NCBI GenBank assembly: GCA_964016885.1
Contig: OZ024743.1
Coordinates: 277,140,001-277,204,000, forward strand
From: Eledone cirrhosa
Taxonomy: Eukaryota
Direction of reading: 5' to 3'
Length of the DNA: 64,000 nt
The notes under the pieces were generated by a model. It was given only the letters and a program-made list of their open reading frames with translations, did no database searches and was not told where the DNA came from. Within the stretch, counting starts at the first letter, position 1. Each line of letters starts with the position of its first letter. The position numbers were made by a program, and so were the translations under genes. Below are positions 25,023-38,583 of the stretch, piece by piece.

Positions 25023-28000
25023 CCCTCTAACACCCCATGGAAACCGTGCGGCCTGATCCCCGGGAGACGAAGAGGTGAGTGTTTTCTTCTCCTCTTATAA
25101 CTTTTCAGAACCAACATGGCCAATATAAGAGTTGGATGTGTGAATGTACGCGGCCTGGGGATGCCCTGGAAACAGGGAAAACTCTTAAACGACCTCAGGT
25201 CGCACAGTATGGATGTAGTAGCCATTTGCGAGTCTAAGATCCACAGCGAGCGACAGCTGGCACCCATCTTCGATGACTTTGAGATATACGCATCTCTCTG
25301 TCGGCCGGGGGGTGGGGGCAGGGTTGCCGTTTTGCTGCGGTAACCCCTGAGCCTCGTAACACAGACGGTACATCTGGACCCGGAGGGTCGACTGTTGGTC
25401 CTAGACGTTGAAGGTAGTGAAGGTGGAGCCTTTAAGCTGGTGGCCGCATATGCCCCAACCGGGACACCGCAGCCAGACTTCTTCAAACGTCTAGAGACTT
25501 TTCTGGGAACGTCCCGCTCCTTGCTTTTAGTGGGGGACTGGAATGGATTCCTATATGCACGTTGGGACTATGTGGGAGCATGTCCCGATAAAGGGGGGGG
25601 GGGGGGTGTAACAGCCTCAAACAGTTAATCGACCGATTTGACCTGGCCAATAGATATCGACTAGATTTTCCGACTGTGCCACTGTGGACGTGGGACTAAT
25701 CGCAGCGGAACATCTAGATCGTACCTAGATAGGGTTCTAGTTAGAAATAAGGATAGGGACATGTTAAGCTGTCCACAAATGTTCATGGTTGCCTATTCAG
25801 ATCACAAACTAGTGACCTGCATGGTCAACCTTGATAGAAACCATAGACAAGGACCCGGCTACTGGAAGCTGAACTTGTCGTTACCGACATGCAAAGCCTA
25901 CAGTAGACGGATTAGCACTTTAGTTAAACAGCACTTGACAGGGGCCATTGTCAACAACAGATGGTGGTACTCTCTCAAGAGGGCAGTTAGATTAGACTCG
26001 TTAGTTTTTAGTAAAGAATTAGCGTTAGATAGAAATAGAACCGAGAAGGAACTGGTAGATAAAGTAGAAGAGGCAATTAGAAGTGGCAATGTAGCCAGCG
26101 TGCTAGCAACGAGAACGGCCTTGGACCAGTTCTTCGACGCAAAGCACGAGGGCTGCGTTGTCAGAATCAAAATACGTGCTCTGGGAAACGAGGGAGCCAA
26201 AGCTGTTACCTGGGCTCGAGTGACGGAGGCAAAAAGTGGCAACAAGTCCACGATTCGGTCTTTCAAGGACCAAAACGGACGCGTGATACGTGAGCCGAAA
26301 CAGATGTGTGCGGCCTTTCAGCGGCACTTTGCGCAACTGTTCGGGCAGGGCGGCGCGCCGGGAGGGGCTATGGATTTCGGTCTACCGCGACTCTCGGACA
26401 GCGAGGCAAAGTTCTGTAAAAGGCCGATCTCAGCCGCTGAGATAGGGGACGCGCTGAGCCAATGCGGCAAACGCAAATTTCCACGTCTCGACGGTCTCAC
26501 CCTACGAATTTTACGTACCAATGCCGGACTTATTCTCCGGTATCCTGGAAGTGGTCTACTGCAACTGGCAACAGAACGGGAGAATTCCCAGTTCTGTGAC
26601 CGGGGGCGTAGTCACACTAGTGAGGAAGGACGAGAATACGGGGGATGACATAGGCAATTTCCGGCCCATAACTCTGCTAAACACAGAGTTACAGATTTTG
26701 GCCAAGGTGTTGGCAAAGAGGCTGGCGCTTGTCGTCGAGAACCTGGTGGGAGAAGCGCAGACATGCGCAATCCCGACCAGGTCCATACACAACAACCTCC
26801 ACCTCATGCGATACATCATAGAGAGGGTAGGGTGTAAACCAGGCTTCGGTGGGGCCCTGATCAATTTGGATTAGTCTAAGGCTTTCGATAGGGTTGACCA
26901 TCGTTACCTGGATGCGGTACTCGAGGCGACAGGCTTCGGACCCGTGTTCAGGGACTGGATTGCGGCAATGCACAACAGCAACATCTGCTGAAGGGTCAAG
27001 GTGAACGGCTACCTCTCAGAGCCGTTCCATATCACGTGATCCATTCGACAGGGATGCCCTCTCCCCTCCCTTCTGTACGTACTGACTCTCGAGCCACTAC
27101 TGCGGAAGTTGGAGATATTGCAGGGCATCCCTCTGGAACCGGGACTGCGGAAAGCGGCGTCGGCCTACGCCGACGACGTGAGCGCCTTTCAAATCGAGGA
27201 AGGCGGCACCTTACTGAAGGAATACGAAAGGTTCACAGGGGCGAAGCTGAACCGGGACAAGTCCATCGGTTTGCAACTCGGATCGTGGAGAGGCAGACCG
27301 ATGCCTTCCGATGGTGTCGTCGGACGCTGGACGGAAGGACCGGTAAAGCTGCTGGGGTCTGGTTTGCTCCGGATCTCCAGGTGGAGAAGAACTGGAACGA
27401 GGTGACGGCCAAGGTGTTTGCACTCACCCAGAAGTGGGCCGAGTGCAAACTATCCTTGAAAGGTCGAGCGGAGGTGGCGAACACTTTTATTTGCGTTTCG
27501 CCATCTACTACCGCTTGACCGTCGTGCGTTGTCCAGCCAAAACGCTCATCAAATTGGAGCGCGCGCTCTTCCAATTCCTTTGGAAGAGGCGGGCTCTTTT
27601 GGTGAGAAGATCCATCTGCTTTCAACACCCTTCCAACGGAGGGCTGGAGCTGCCGTGGCTGACGATGCGCAAACACGCGCTCAGGCTGCGGCATCTTTAC
27701 GTATTCCTCACCGGACAACCGGTGTGGGCCCCGTTCGTGAGGCGAGCCTTCCCACGACTCGTCTCGCTGACCGAGCTGCAGTCCTGGGTCAAGCAAAGAC
27801 CGAAGAAAATGGGTGACTGGCACATCGAATGTGCTCAGGCGCTCACAGCCATCTGGCAGGAGGACCCGGCGATCAGTGGAGACTCCACTTCGTCATTCTA
27901 TAGAGGGTTGATCCGCAGCAAGTGCGACGACGCGCTCGGTGAAACTCTAGGCGTAGAGGAAGATGAACTGGCCAGTCTGTTCGGTAGGACCTTCCGCCCG

Positions 28001-28767
28001 GGACCGATGGACAACTTCCAAATGTCCCTGGTCTGGCAGTGCTACCGAGGATCTCTACCAGTTCGAGACAAGCTCTACAGACATGGGCGCCCGGGCAGGG
28101 ACCCAGAAAAAAGATCTGTCCGAGATGCGTGCTTAACGAAGAAACGTCGCGCACGCATTCATACACTGCCCGGGCGTCACTGACCTGTGGGGCTATGTAG
28201 AACGACTATTGTCGCGGGTGGGACCAATCCGGTTGACCACCGAGTCCATTGTCATGATCAAACCGCCACCCTCCTTCAAAAACGAAGGAGAGGCGGTTTT
28301 CCTTTGTGTGATAGCTATGGCGAAAGAGGTTGTATGGTGGACAGGTTGAAAGAGCTGAGGTCAGACACCTTTCTCTCCGGCCAACAACTGATTCTTTTTT
28401 TCGAATACCACGTTGGAAGAAGAATCAGGATGGAGAGAGAGGTGCTGTACCCCAGCAAGTTTTATGAAAGGTGGGTGAAAGTGGCGAGAATGGCCCGAGT
28501 GAATGGGCCTTCTCTCTATATCAGCCTGTAGGTTGAGGAAAAGGAGGAGGAGAGGAAAGGAGTACAAACTCTTCGTACTCCTGGAGATGAGGGTTGCACA
28601 TTTTTTCGGGGGTATGTGTTACCCATATGAACTGTCTCCCCCTATTGGGGAAAATCGACTAATTTTTAAATTGCATTTGTGATAATATTTTACATGTTTT
28701 TATTGTATGTAAACTCCCCCTTTCTATTTGTCCCCTTCTTTTGTGCCCCTGTGGCTAATAAAGAAAC
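25023..28767 (+). mobile_element. Tx1/L1-clade LINE, copy B (5'-truncated in the end of ORF1, intact 3' UTR), flanked by (TATC)n
   Basis: ORF2 from ATG 25116 (MANIRVGCVNVRGL, GDWN, YSDHK, FRPITLLNTE, KAFDRV, RQGCPLSP, YADD) to 28531. The 3' UTR ends aataaagaaac and runs into (tatc)n. Confidence 0.94.
25116..28531 (+). pseudogene. ORF2 APE-RT of Tx1 copy B, with multiple frameshifts and stops
   Basis: Consecutive ORF fragments 25116-25343, 25395-25628, 25761-26648, 26521-26874, 27109-27405, 27434-28183 and 28187-28531. Confidence 0.92.
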
Positions 28768-28768
28768 A

Positions 28769-28835
<67 letters not shown>

Positions 28836-29080
28836 GTATCTATCTATCTATTTATTTCTCTCAATATATATATATATATATATGTTTTATGGTAGCTAAG
28901 ATGCGTCCATAGGCGGTATGCCGATTGAGCACTCTATGCTCCTACGGAGCAGAGTATGATAAAATGGAAAACGAAGAATCAGTTATGCATCGGAACTCAA
29001 TTTATTGCGTATTACATATATATATATGACTACCTTGATTAAATCTTAACCATTTAACATCTCAGGGTATGTCATGTATC

Positions 29081-29143
29081 ATTATATTTTGTCTGATGAG
29101 GACGTACTGTTGTACATCCGAAATATGTATAATAAAATGTAAT
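29081..29143 (+). ncRNA. Complete type I hammerhead ribozyme motif
   Basis: attatattttgt CTGATGA gga-cgtac-tgtt-gtaca-tcc GAAA ta-tg-ta TA ataaaatgtaat. Stem I is 12 bp including G-U pairs; stem II is strong. Confidence 0.87.
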
Positions 29144-29389
29144 TGATCAAAAGAACATCTATTTTATTAATATTTGTATTTTAATATTAAAAACTTTTGA
29201 AAATTATTTTTCGTAGAGTGCTTCCAATCTATTGTAAAACTCATTCTTTGATATACTCATTGAATCTTGTTTAACTCTTTAATATATATATATATTTAAT
29301 AAATATTTGCTCTACGGTTCTTATATATTTGATATATATTGATCCTTATCGAGCCCTCTTTGGATTTTAGTCTTCAAATTTATTATTAT

Positions 29390-29458
<69 letters not shown>

Positions 29459-29697
29459 TAAACAAATAATGAATAAACAATTTCTTATATTAAACAAAAA
29501 AAGTTCATTATTTAACGATCGTTTCTAGGATATATATGTGTTAGAATTGGTATGCATATTCAACATCTTGACTCTGTATACCGTTTATCTTTCACCGAAA
29601 GTGGTTTTTCATTACATCTCTTCTTTCCATGATATCCGGAATACATTGAGTTCTTCATACGGATTGGACACTACCGTAAACTCTTGGTAGATTTATC

Positions 29698-29732
<35 letters not shown>

Positions 29733-32359
29733 ATATATATATAAATATTTCTCTTATATATATTTGTGTGTATGTGTATTTATGTACACATGCACATGTA
29801 CATGCACATGCACATGCAGACACACTCGTGATCACCCTCTCACACACTCATACAAACATATATATATGCGTGTGTGAGTATGTGTGCGTCTGTGTGTGTT
29901 TGCATATTTATTTGTCTGCTTGTGGGATTTGTGCATGTATGTATGTATATTTAATTCTTCCGATAAAGAAGCTGTTTTCTAACAAGTAAACAAAGCACAA
30001 ACACTTAAATTCATATAGCAGCTCTTCAGAAAAAGTTTTACTATTCTTATTACAGATCATATTCGCGAAATGTAAGTTTGGTGATCATTTTGATTTTCTG
30101 AAAACTCCAGATATTCAAGAAGTTGAATGCATAAATTTTACTTTTGATGTTGATACAATGTTTTTTCTTGATTATATATAGCCATGATACCTTCTGATTA
30201 AAATCTTTCTTTTTGTTTCAGATCTTAGACCAAAACGATTTGAGGCTTTCCTGCGAAGGGGATCTTTTTACTAAGATATTATTTTTCTTCATCATCTGGC
30301 ATACAGTTTGTGGATTAGAGCCAAACTGCTATGTTATTCTGATAATGAAATTTTTCATTCACCGTCTTAAGCTGATGTTTTAAAGTTATTAATTTCCCTT
30401 TGAGAGTCTGACGCGTAGAATTGGTCTACATTTCAGTTATATTTTCAAAAGATGTAGTTGTGTATTGTATACGTACTTATCATTTAACTTACACCTTATA
30501 TTGGTATTTAGATGTTTTCTACTAGTTTTCTGATTCAAATAGCTTGCTTACGTTGGATTATTTCATTCATACCTGTATTCGATATTCCCTAAGCCCCATT
30601 TTTTCTGAGTAATAGCAGTATTGGTAGTCTGATAAGTTTTATTACATATTTTTACGTGGTCACCTGCGATAACGTTTTAACATCAAAGTAGTTAAAAATG
30701 CCAACTACTTTGGCTGAAGGATAGCTTCAAAAATTAGAAAAATTATTTTCAATGTGCTGTTTTAAATCATTTTTAAGCTGAGTATACTCTATAATAATCT
30801 CTATCGTATCAGCTTCCTAAAATCGTATATGAAAGATTAGTTTTGGTGATGATGGCGGTGATTAATTTGCATTTTAATGTTCTCTTTTATGGCAGGACTT
30901 AGGGTGTCTTCAGAAATTCGAATGACATCTCAGCAGTTGGAATAACAAATTACTATTTACAGCCTCTTATTTTGGGGGAAAAGTATGATGTCTACAAACC
31001 TCCAACCTCTAAAAACCCAAACGGGGATTACCTGAAGAAATGTGCCTCAAAACGGGGAGAAATGAGGCAAAATGGGAACATTTTACATAATGAAAACCAT
31101 ACAAGAGAAGACATATCTCACCTACCCGTCGGACGGGGAGTATTGACAGGTCTGTGTCTATCATTGAAGCTGTTTTGCAGCGAAGGGGTTCAAGTTTGAG
31201 TAAACCTCACCCCAGTAATTCTTCAACAACTTCATATAGTTAATAGGATTTTCAAGGGCTTTTTAATAAATCCTATTTAAATTCAAAGACTAATTGAAGT
31301 AAAAAGAATATTTTCGTCGTCTTAGAGAGCTCACAGACTATTTGGTAGTACTGTTATTTTGGTAGCAGTAAAGTGTCGATACTAAGGGTGATTTTTTTTT
31401 ATCAAGGTCAAACATGAGAATAAAAGTCAAATGTCACGCGTTGAAAAGCTTTTTTTTTGTAATCCGGCATCAATAACACGAAGCTGTTGAGTAAAGTGTG
31501 TTTCTTTTATTTATAACAGGATAAAACAGCCAATTATAGATATAGGCTGAGTTAAGTCAGCATAATTGTCGATGAAAACAACGTACATACAATCATATTA
31601 AACAGTCTTCTATGTCTCGATGTCAGTTGTTGACAGTGGTGCATACATACACTCATACACACACATATACATACATATATATATATATATATTTATTTAT
31701 TTATTTATTTATATACATACATACACCACCCACACATACACACACATATATATATATATTTATTTATTTATTTACATACATACATACACCACCCACACAC
31801 ACATATACACACATATATATATATATATATATTTGTTTATTTATTTATTTATATACATACACCACCCACACACCCATACACCCCCCACCCCCACCCCCAC
31901 ACACACATATATATATATATATGTATTCATACATATATACAGACACGGGCGCATATATATGCATTCATGCATATGCATATATACGTACATACATGCACTA
32001 AATACACACATATATATATATATATACATACACATACATACATACATATACACATACATATATGCATACATATATACATGCATACATACGTATATAAACA
32101 CATATATATACATACATATTGAAAATAACTCATAAGAAATATGAAAAAAAAATTAACAAATAAGATAAAAACCAGAATAATGTCAGGTTTGCGATAGATC
32201 TGAAAACCTTATAATCTATATATACATACATATGGACAGAAGATATATATTTACATATATGTACACTTTGAGAGCAACAGCAAAGAACAGTTACACTGAA
32301 TCGCACAGAAAGAATCTCACACACACACGCTCATTGACACACATACCCCCCCCCCCCCA

Positions 32360-32468
<109 letters not shown>

Positions 32469-32902
32469 TACTTTCATGGGCAATCACACACATACCCATA
32501 GTAATATGAATTTTTTTTTTTTTGCAGAATATATATATATACTTATTCCTAGCTGAAAATGAAAAGAAGAATATATTTAAAAAACAACGACGACAACGGC
32601 AACGACGACAACACCGATAATAACAACAACAACAAGGGAAAACGCATGTAAAAAATAAAATAAAAAGAGAGACAATCAAATAAACAGATAAAAAAAAACA
32701 ATAAAACATCAGTTCTTTTGATCAACATTGGTGCGTAAGAAGTGAGACAAGATGTAATACTTCTTAGAGAGGAAACCAATTTCTCTAGAACTATCTTGTA
32801 TAAATAAATATATATATGCGTAAATAAATAAATAAATAGATAAAGAATAGATAAAAATATATAAATATAATCGCAAATAAAAAACAAAAGGTCAAAACAG
32901 TA

Positions 32903-32938
<36 letters not shown>

Positions 32939-33046
32939 TATATATATATATATACATATGTATATTTATATATATATATATATATGTATGTTTTTATATG
33001 TTTTTATATATATATATATATACACGCGCACACACATATATATACA

Positions 33047-33093
<47 letters not shown>

Positions 33094-33094
33094 G

Positions 33095-33197
<103 letters not shown>

Positions 33198-33389
33198 GTA
33201 TATATGAAAATAAAAACAATAACAGAAGACAAAATATTGCTCTATTTCCGTGTGATCGATATCATTTTTAGTGGAAATATAAAATATTAGAAATGAATCT
33301 ATATATATATATATATATGTGTGAATGAAGTAATTCCATCGGAAAAGTCCAGGAAAAAAGAGTGCTCTATGTAAGCAACAGAGCTTAAT

Positions 33390-33583
33390 TATTATTATTA
33401 TGTAATAAACAACATAAGGCAATTATTCCATTTACCAGTGGTTTCTTAAAAGCAAAAGGTTTTGCTTTCAATCCTCAGAATAGGATTTTTCATTCTGAGG
33501 ATTGAAAGCAAAACCTTTTGCTTTTAAGAAACCACTGGTAAATGGAATAATTGCCTTATGTTGTTTATTACATAATAATAATA
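33390..33583. repeat. Palindrome of about 194 bp made of two inverted hammerhead-bearing arms
   Basis: Plus arm: ttttcatt CTGAGGA ttgaaagcaaaa-cc-ttttgcttttaa GAAA cc-act-gg TA aatggaa (33487-33547). An exact inverted copy lies at about 33425-33481. Confidence 0.9.
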
Positions 33584-33663
33584 TATATATATATATATAT
33601 ATATATCTGTGTGTGTATGTGTGTGCATATACGTATGTATATATGTATGCGTATATATAAATG

Positions 33664-33774
<111 letters not shown>

Positions 33775-34440
33775 GCTCAAATACATAGTGTAGAAGACAA
33801 ATATAAAATCTTCGAAATTTAATATTTTTTCGATATATTTTCGATCAATGTAATAGAATGTCTGTGTTTTGTTATTTTTGTTAAATATATATATATTTTT
33901 TTTCCTGTTTAAATATAATTTTTAAAAAGTCCTCCTGGTGCAGGATGAATTAAACAGTACAACTATTTGTATATAAGCAAACGCATGTACATACACACAC
34001 ACATACATAGACACACCGACACACACATACGCACACACACTCATATATATATATATTGTTATACTTGGGGAGGGTCATATGGTTGTGATAATATTTCCAG
34101 AAATAATAACAGAACACACTCACTGTTTGGTTGGTTTTCGCTTCTGTATCTTTTATATCTCCACAGTTAATTCATTCGGTCCTCAATGTTTATCATTGAC
34201 TGACCAACTGTCAAAAATACAGATATAATATAGATATAAACAGATATAGATATATACATAGTCTACAAAGTTCTTTCGTTGCACATCTTTAACATCATCA
34301 GTGGTGCTATTATGTTCCTCCTGTTGTATTGTATGTCTACGCCATTTTTATTTTATCTGTTAATTTATTTTTTTTTGTCTTCTTTGCGCATGCGTTTGCG
34401 TGTGTGTGTTTGCAAAACAAATATATATATATATATATAT

Positions 34441-34491
<51 letters not shown>

Positions 34492-34498
<7 letters not shown>

Positions 34499-34627
34499 GT
34501 TTGAATATGTATAATAAAGCCAAAACAATGCAGGTATGGACATAGAAAAAAGAATGCAATTGCATTCTTTTTTCTATGTCCATACCTGCATTGTTTTGGC
34601 TTTATTATACATATTCAAACGTTTATA
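34492..34627. repeat. Perfect 136-bp palindrome with no spacer, next to (TA)n
   Basis: Centre tgcaa|ttgca at 34559/34560. The downstream caaacgtttatacctca...caatgcttcaagt.aacta is also seen at 14863-14915. Confidence 0.92.
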
Positions 34628-34665
34628 CCTCATTGCACAATGCTTCAAGTGAACTATAACCTCCT

Positions 34666-34702
<37 letters not shown>

Positions 34703-35312
34703 AGTACAGCATATTCGATGTTCGATCAGCAGCCAAGCCAACGAATGCCTTCAGCAGTGGAGCCAAGCACTCGACAAGGAATAAACCTCAGAGTAATAAC
34801 ATACAGTTTAAAGGACTTTGCAAATTGAAAATAGCGACCGCTAATTTAGCCGCAACGAAAGAACTGACTAGTGAGAAAAGGAAATACACACACACACACA
34901 CATACACATACACATATATATACATATAAAAATATACATACATACATACATATATGCACATATCTGTGTATATAACATACCTGGGCGGTCACTTGGAAAT
35001 TACTGAATATCCAAGTGAGGTTTCTGTAAATCTGAAATCAACAAAATCCGCTTGTGGTGTATACAGGTTAGATTTCTGGAAGATCGAACAGAGGAATTTA
35101 CTTTCTCAACAGGCTTTCGTTCTAACCCAAAACCCGGTATGAAGCACATGTTACTCCAAAGGGAGGTAACCCCGGTTTCTGGCGGTCAATTAAAAAATTA
35201 TGGGCAACGGAAAAAATTCCATACACAAACTGAATTAAGCACTCAACCAGACCGTTATTAAACAAACTTAAATAATTAACCAATCAATGGAATTGTCAAA
35301 TTAAATTAATCA

Positions 35313-35348
<36 letters not shown>

Positions 35349-35379
35349 TCGTACACACACATATATACAGATATAATAA

Positions 35380-35835
35380 TTGGCTTTTACTCTAGGCACA
35401 GGGCCAGAAATTTCGATTGTGTAAACCCTACAACATGACTGGTTCTGTGTTTTATCGCCCCCGGAATATTGACAGACAAAGTTGACCTTGGAAGTATTTG
35501 AACTAAGGACATAAATCTCCGCGAAAAAATACCGCAAAATATATGGTTCGATACTCTAACGATTCTGTTAATTTACCCCCAAATAATGATAATAATAGTT
35601 TCTAATTTAGGCACAGGGCCAACATTTTTTGGGGAGATCGACCCCAGTGCATTACAGGTAACTTAATTTAACGATCCCGTAAGGATGAAGGGCAAAACTA
35701 ACTTCGGCGGGATTTGAACTCATAACATAAAGCTCTGCGACTAAATACCGCAAGGTGTATTATCCGACGCTCTAATGCTTCTATAAATTCATCCCAATAA
35801 TGATAATGATTTCTACTTTATGCACAAGGCCAAAA
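35380..35835 (-). mobile_element. Cluster of degenerate tandem SINE family A fragments
   Basis: Repeated ggcacagggcc, gatttgaactc and ggatgaagggcaaa motifs, the reverse complement of the SINE tail, B box and core. Confidence 0.65.
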
Positions 35836-35855
35836 GTCCCTGAGGAGAGCACCCT

Positions 35856-38010
35856 TCTCATATTCAAATTAACCAGCTTACAGTCTCATGTTCACATGGG
35901 CCATTCTCGCAATATTCACCCACCTTTAAAAAATGTACTAGGAGGGAAGAGGGCTCCCTTGAGGGACCGATCGCGTGACCTGAAACGATTCCGAAAGGTG
36001 GCCATTTACTTTGACCACCGAGCAGATACCGTTGTTCATTGCAACGATCGAGCCACTGAAGACGGCACCGAAGTCAGCTGGCTTGAGGAGAGCCTGCAGG
36101 TATCAATGGTCAAACCTATTGAAAGCTTTTGATTGATCTAAATTGATCATAGCCCCACTGAAGACAGTTTTATGCCCTACCTTCTCTATGATGTATCGTA
36201 TGAATTGGAGGTTGTTGTGTCTAGTCATGGTCAGGATTGCAAAAGTTTACGCCTCCCCTACCAGACCCTCGACTACAATCGTCAACCTCTTCGTTAACAC
36301 CTTTGCCAAAATCTTAAGCTCTGTGTTTAGCAGAGTTATGGGCCTGAAATTGTCTAAAGTATCCCTCGTGTTCTTGTCTTTCCTCACCAGCGTTACTACA
36401 GCGTTCTGCTGCCAGTTACAGTAGACAACTTCGAGGAGATCAGAGAACAGGTCTGCCATACCTACATAAAACTCGTGGGGGAAACCAACCAAACCGAGTG
36501 ACTTGCGCCTAGTGCAACCGACCTGGGCATCCCGAATTTCGGCTGATCTTATTGGCCATTCGCAGCACTTAGCATCAGCTGGGGTCAGTCACGGGAGGCC
36601 GTCAAGGAAGGAACTAAAGACCACCATCGTCTCTGACGTCCCCCCCCCCGTCCTCCCCGAACAGTCGAGGAAACTGCTGCTGAAAGGCCTTACACATCAC
36701 CCTGGAATCGTTTAGCACGCGTTCGTCACGGTCCGTCAAAGGCCGAATCGTGGTTTTGTTACCACGTTGCTCCTTCGTCACATTGAACAGCTTTCGTTCC
36801 CTCGTTTCGTGGAGTACGCACCTTAGCTCTGACAATGCAACCTTCGTGTTCCGCATTGAAGAAATGGTCAAATGCCATTCTCGTCACTAGCATGTTTGTT
36901 GGGTTGCAATGCTACTTCTAATATCCTCGTCTAATTCAGCTACCAACTCCCCCCCTTTATTTTTTCTAACGTTACTTCTTTATTAAAACCTATTGAAACT
37001 AATCGAATCTCGAGAGTATCCCACCACCTGCTGCTGATGATCTCTTGTAAACTTACACTTAACTAATGTGGTGACTCGATCTCTGAAAGCTTTACTATCC
37101 GGGAATGACGTGTTGAGCTTCCAGCGGATCACAAATATGTGATCTGAATACGTGGCGTTCGGAAATGTGAACAACCTATACTATCCTTATCTGCTGACCA
37201 AACGAAAAACTTATCTATATACGTTCTAGATGACCCTACGTGGTTGGTCCAAGACCACACTGGCGCTTAGGGAAATCTAGTCGGCACCTGTCAGACAGTT
37301 TGAATTGGCTGATCAGGTACTTGAGGCTTTTGCAATCCCCGCTCCTGTCAGCTACGCCCACGCAAACCAAATGCTATTGATTCTACCCTAATCGCTCTCT
37401 TGAGAGCGTCACTCCAACTGTCATTGATGACTCCCCCCTGTTAACTGGTTCTTAACTAATGTGTTAACCCGGTCGCTATAGGTTTGACGCACCAAGAACG
37501 AAACGTTAAGCTTCCAGTGACTGAATACTTGTTTACGTGATCTACCTAGTTCGACCATGCAGAATATGAATTTAGGATTTGAATAGGCGACCGTTTGAAA
37601 TTGTGGACAACCTATGCTATTTCTATCTGCTAACCTAATGAAAACTTATCTAAATGCGATCTAGATGACCCTATGTGATTGGTCCAGGTCCATACTGGTG
37701 CATTCTTGAAATCTAGTCAATACTTGTCACAGGTTGAACTGTCTGATGAAGTTCTTGAGGATTTCGCCTCTCCTCCCATATCTATCGGCTTCTCTCACAC
37801 TGCCCCAGCGTGCGTCCAATATGCTGTTCCAGTCCTCCGCTAACAAAAAAGCGCGAGACGTTTCTAGAAAGACTTTCCTTAGGCTGAAGAAATCCGGCCG
37901 CCCAGCCCTAGTAGGATCCAAGAAGATTGTCCGTACCTCGAGATCCAACCCTTTCCCAAACAGCACTGCTACCGCACCATCCATTCCCCGCCGACTAAGA
38001 GATGCGAAGA
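35856..38010 (-). mobile_element. Older degenerate Tx1-clade LINE ORF2 fragment with an internal duplication of the endonuclease end
   Basis: FRPITLLNTELKILAKVL, VYCNWQQN, DWNSILDARW and YSDH..WKLN. Segments of about 37050-37360 and 37430-37770 are paralogous. Confidence 0.8.
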
Positions 38011-38489
38011 TCTGATCATATTCTCCTCAGTGTCACGAGACAATGGGGCGGTGCTACTGTTTTAGTTGTGAGAAGGAACCACAGATATTTGCCTTCTGGG
38101 ATCAAGATCCAAGCGATCTCTTCCACTGTTTACGTAACCACGATTGGTGGCACTTTGAGAAGTGTAGTTACTGTGGTCTATATTTCCACACGTGTAATAG
38201 TTAGGCTTTCTGCCATGGGCCACCAATCTCATTGCTTCTCTCTGAACATAAAGCGTCTGGTTCCAGATGCTGCTAGATAATGCAAATCATTCTCTGGGAT
38301 ATGCAGACGAATTCAAACAATGGAAATCAGAACAAACTGACCAAACATCATGATAAAAACATAAAATATCTTGTAGAGTGTTTCACCTGGTTTACTTGAA
38401 TAACAATAAACGCCTCGATGAATGTGGTTGGCTATTGTTTTTATTTTAGTCATAAAAGACAGCCCATATCGAGCAATATTATGATGAAA

Positions 38490-38583
38490 GTTAACCTTGC
38501 CTTTCATCCTTACGGGGTCGATAAAATAAAGTACCAGTAATGCACTGGGTAATTGCTGGCCTTGTGCCTAAAGTAGAAACAAT
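38490..38583 (+). mobile_element. SINE family A, 3' half
   Basis: gttaaccttgcctttcatccttacggggtcgataaaataaagtaccag...gtagaaacaat. Confidence 0.8.

Noticed and set aside
30000-30900. Possible ancient non-LTR relic on the minus strand (GGLG-like motif near 30590)
   Set aside because: Too decayed; a single weak motif with no continuous reading frame.
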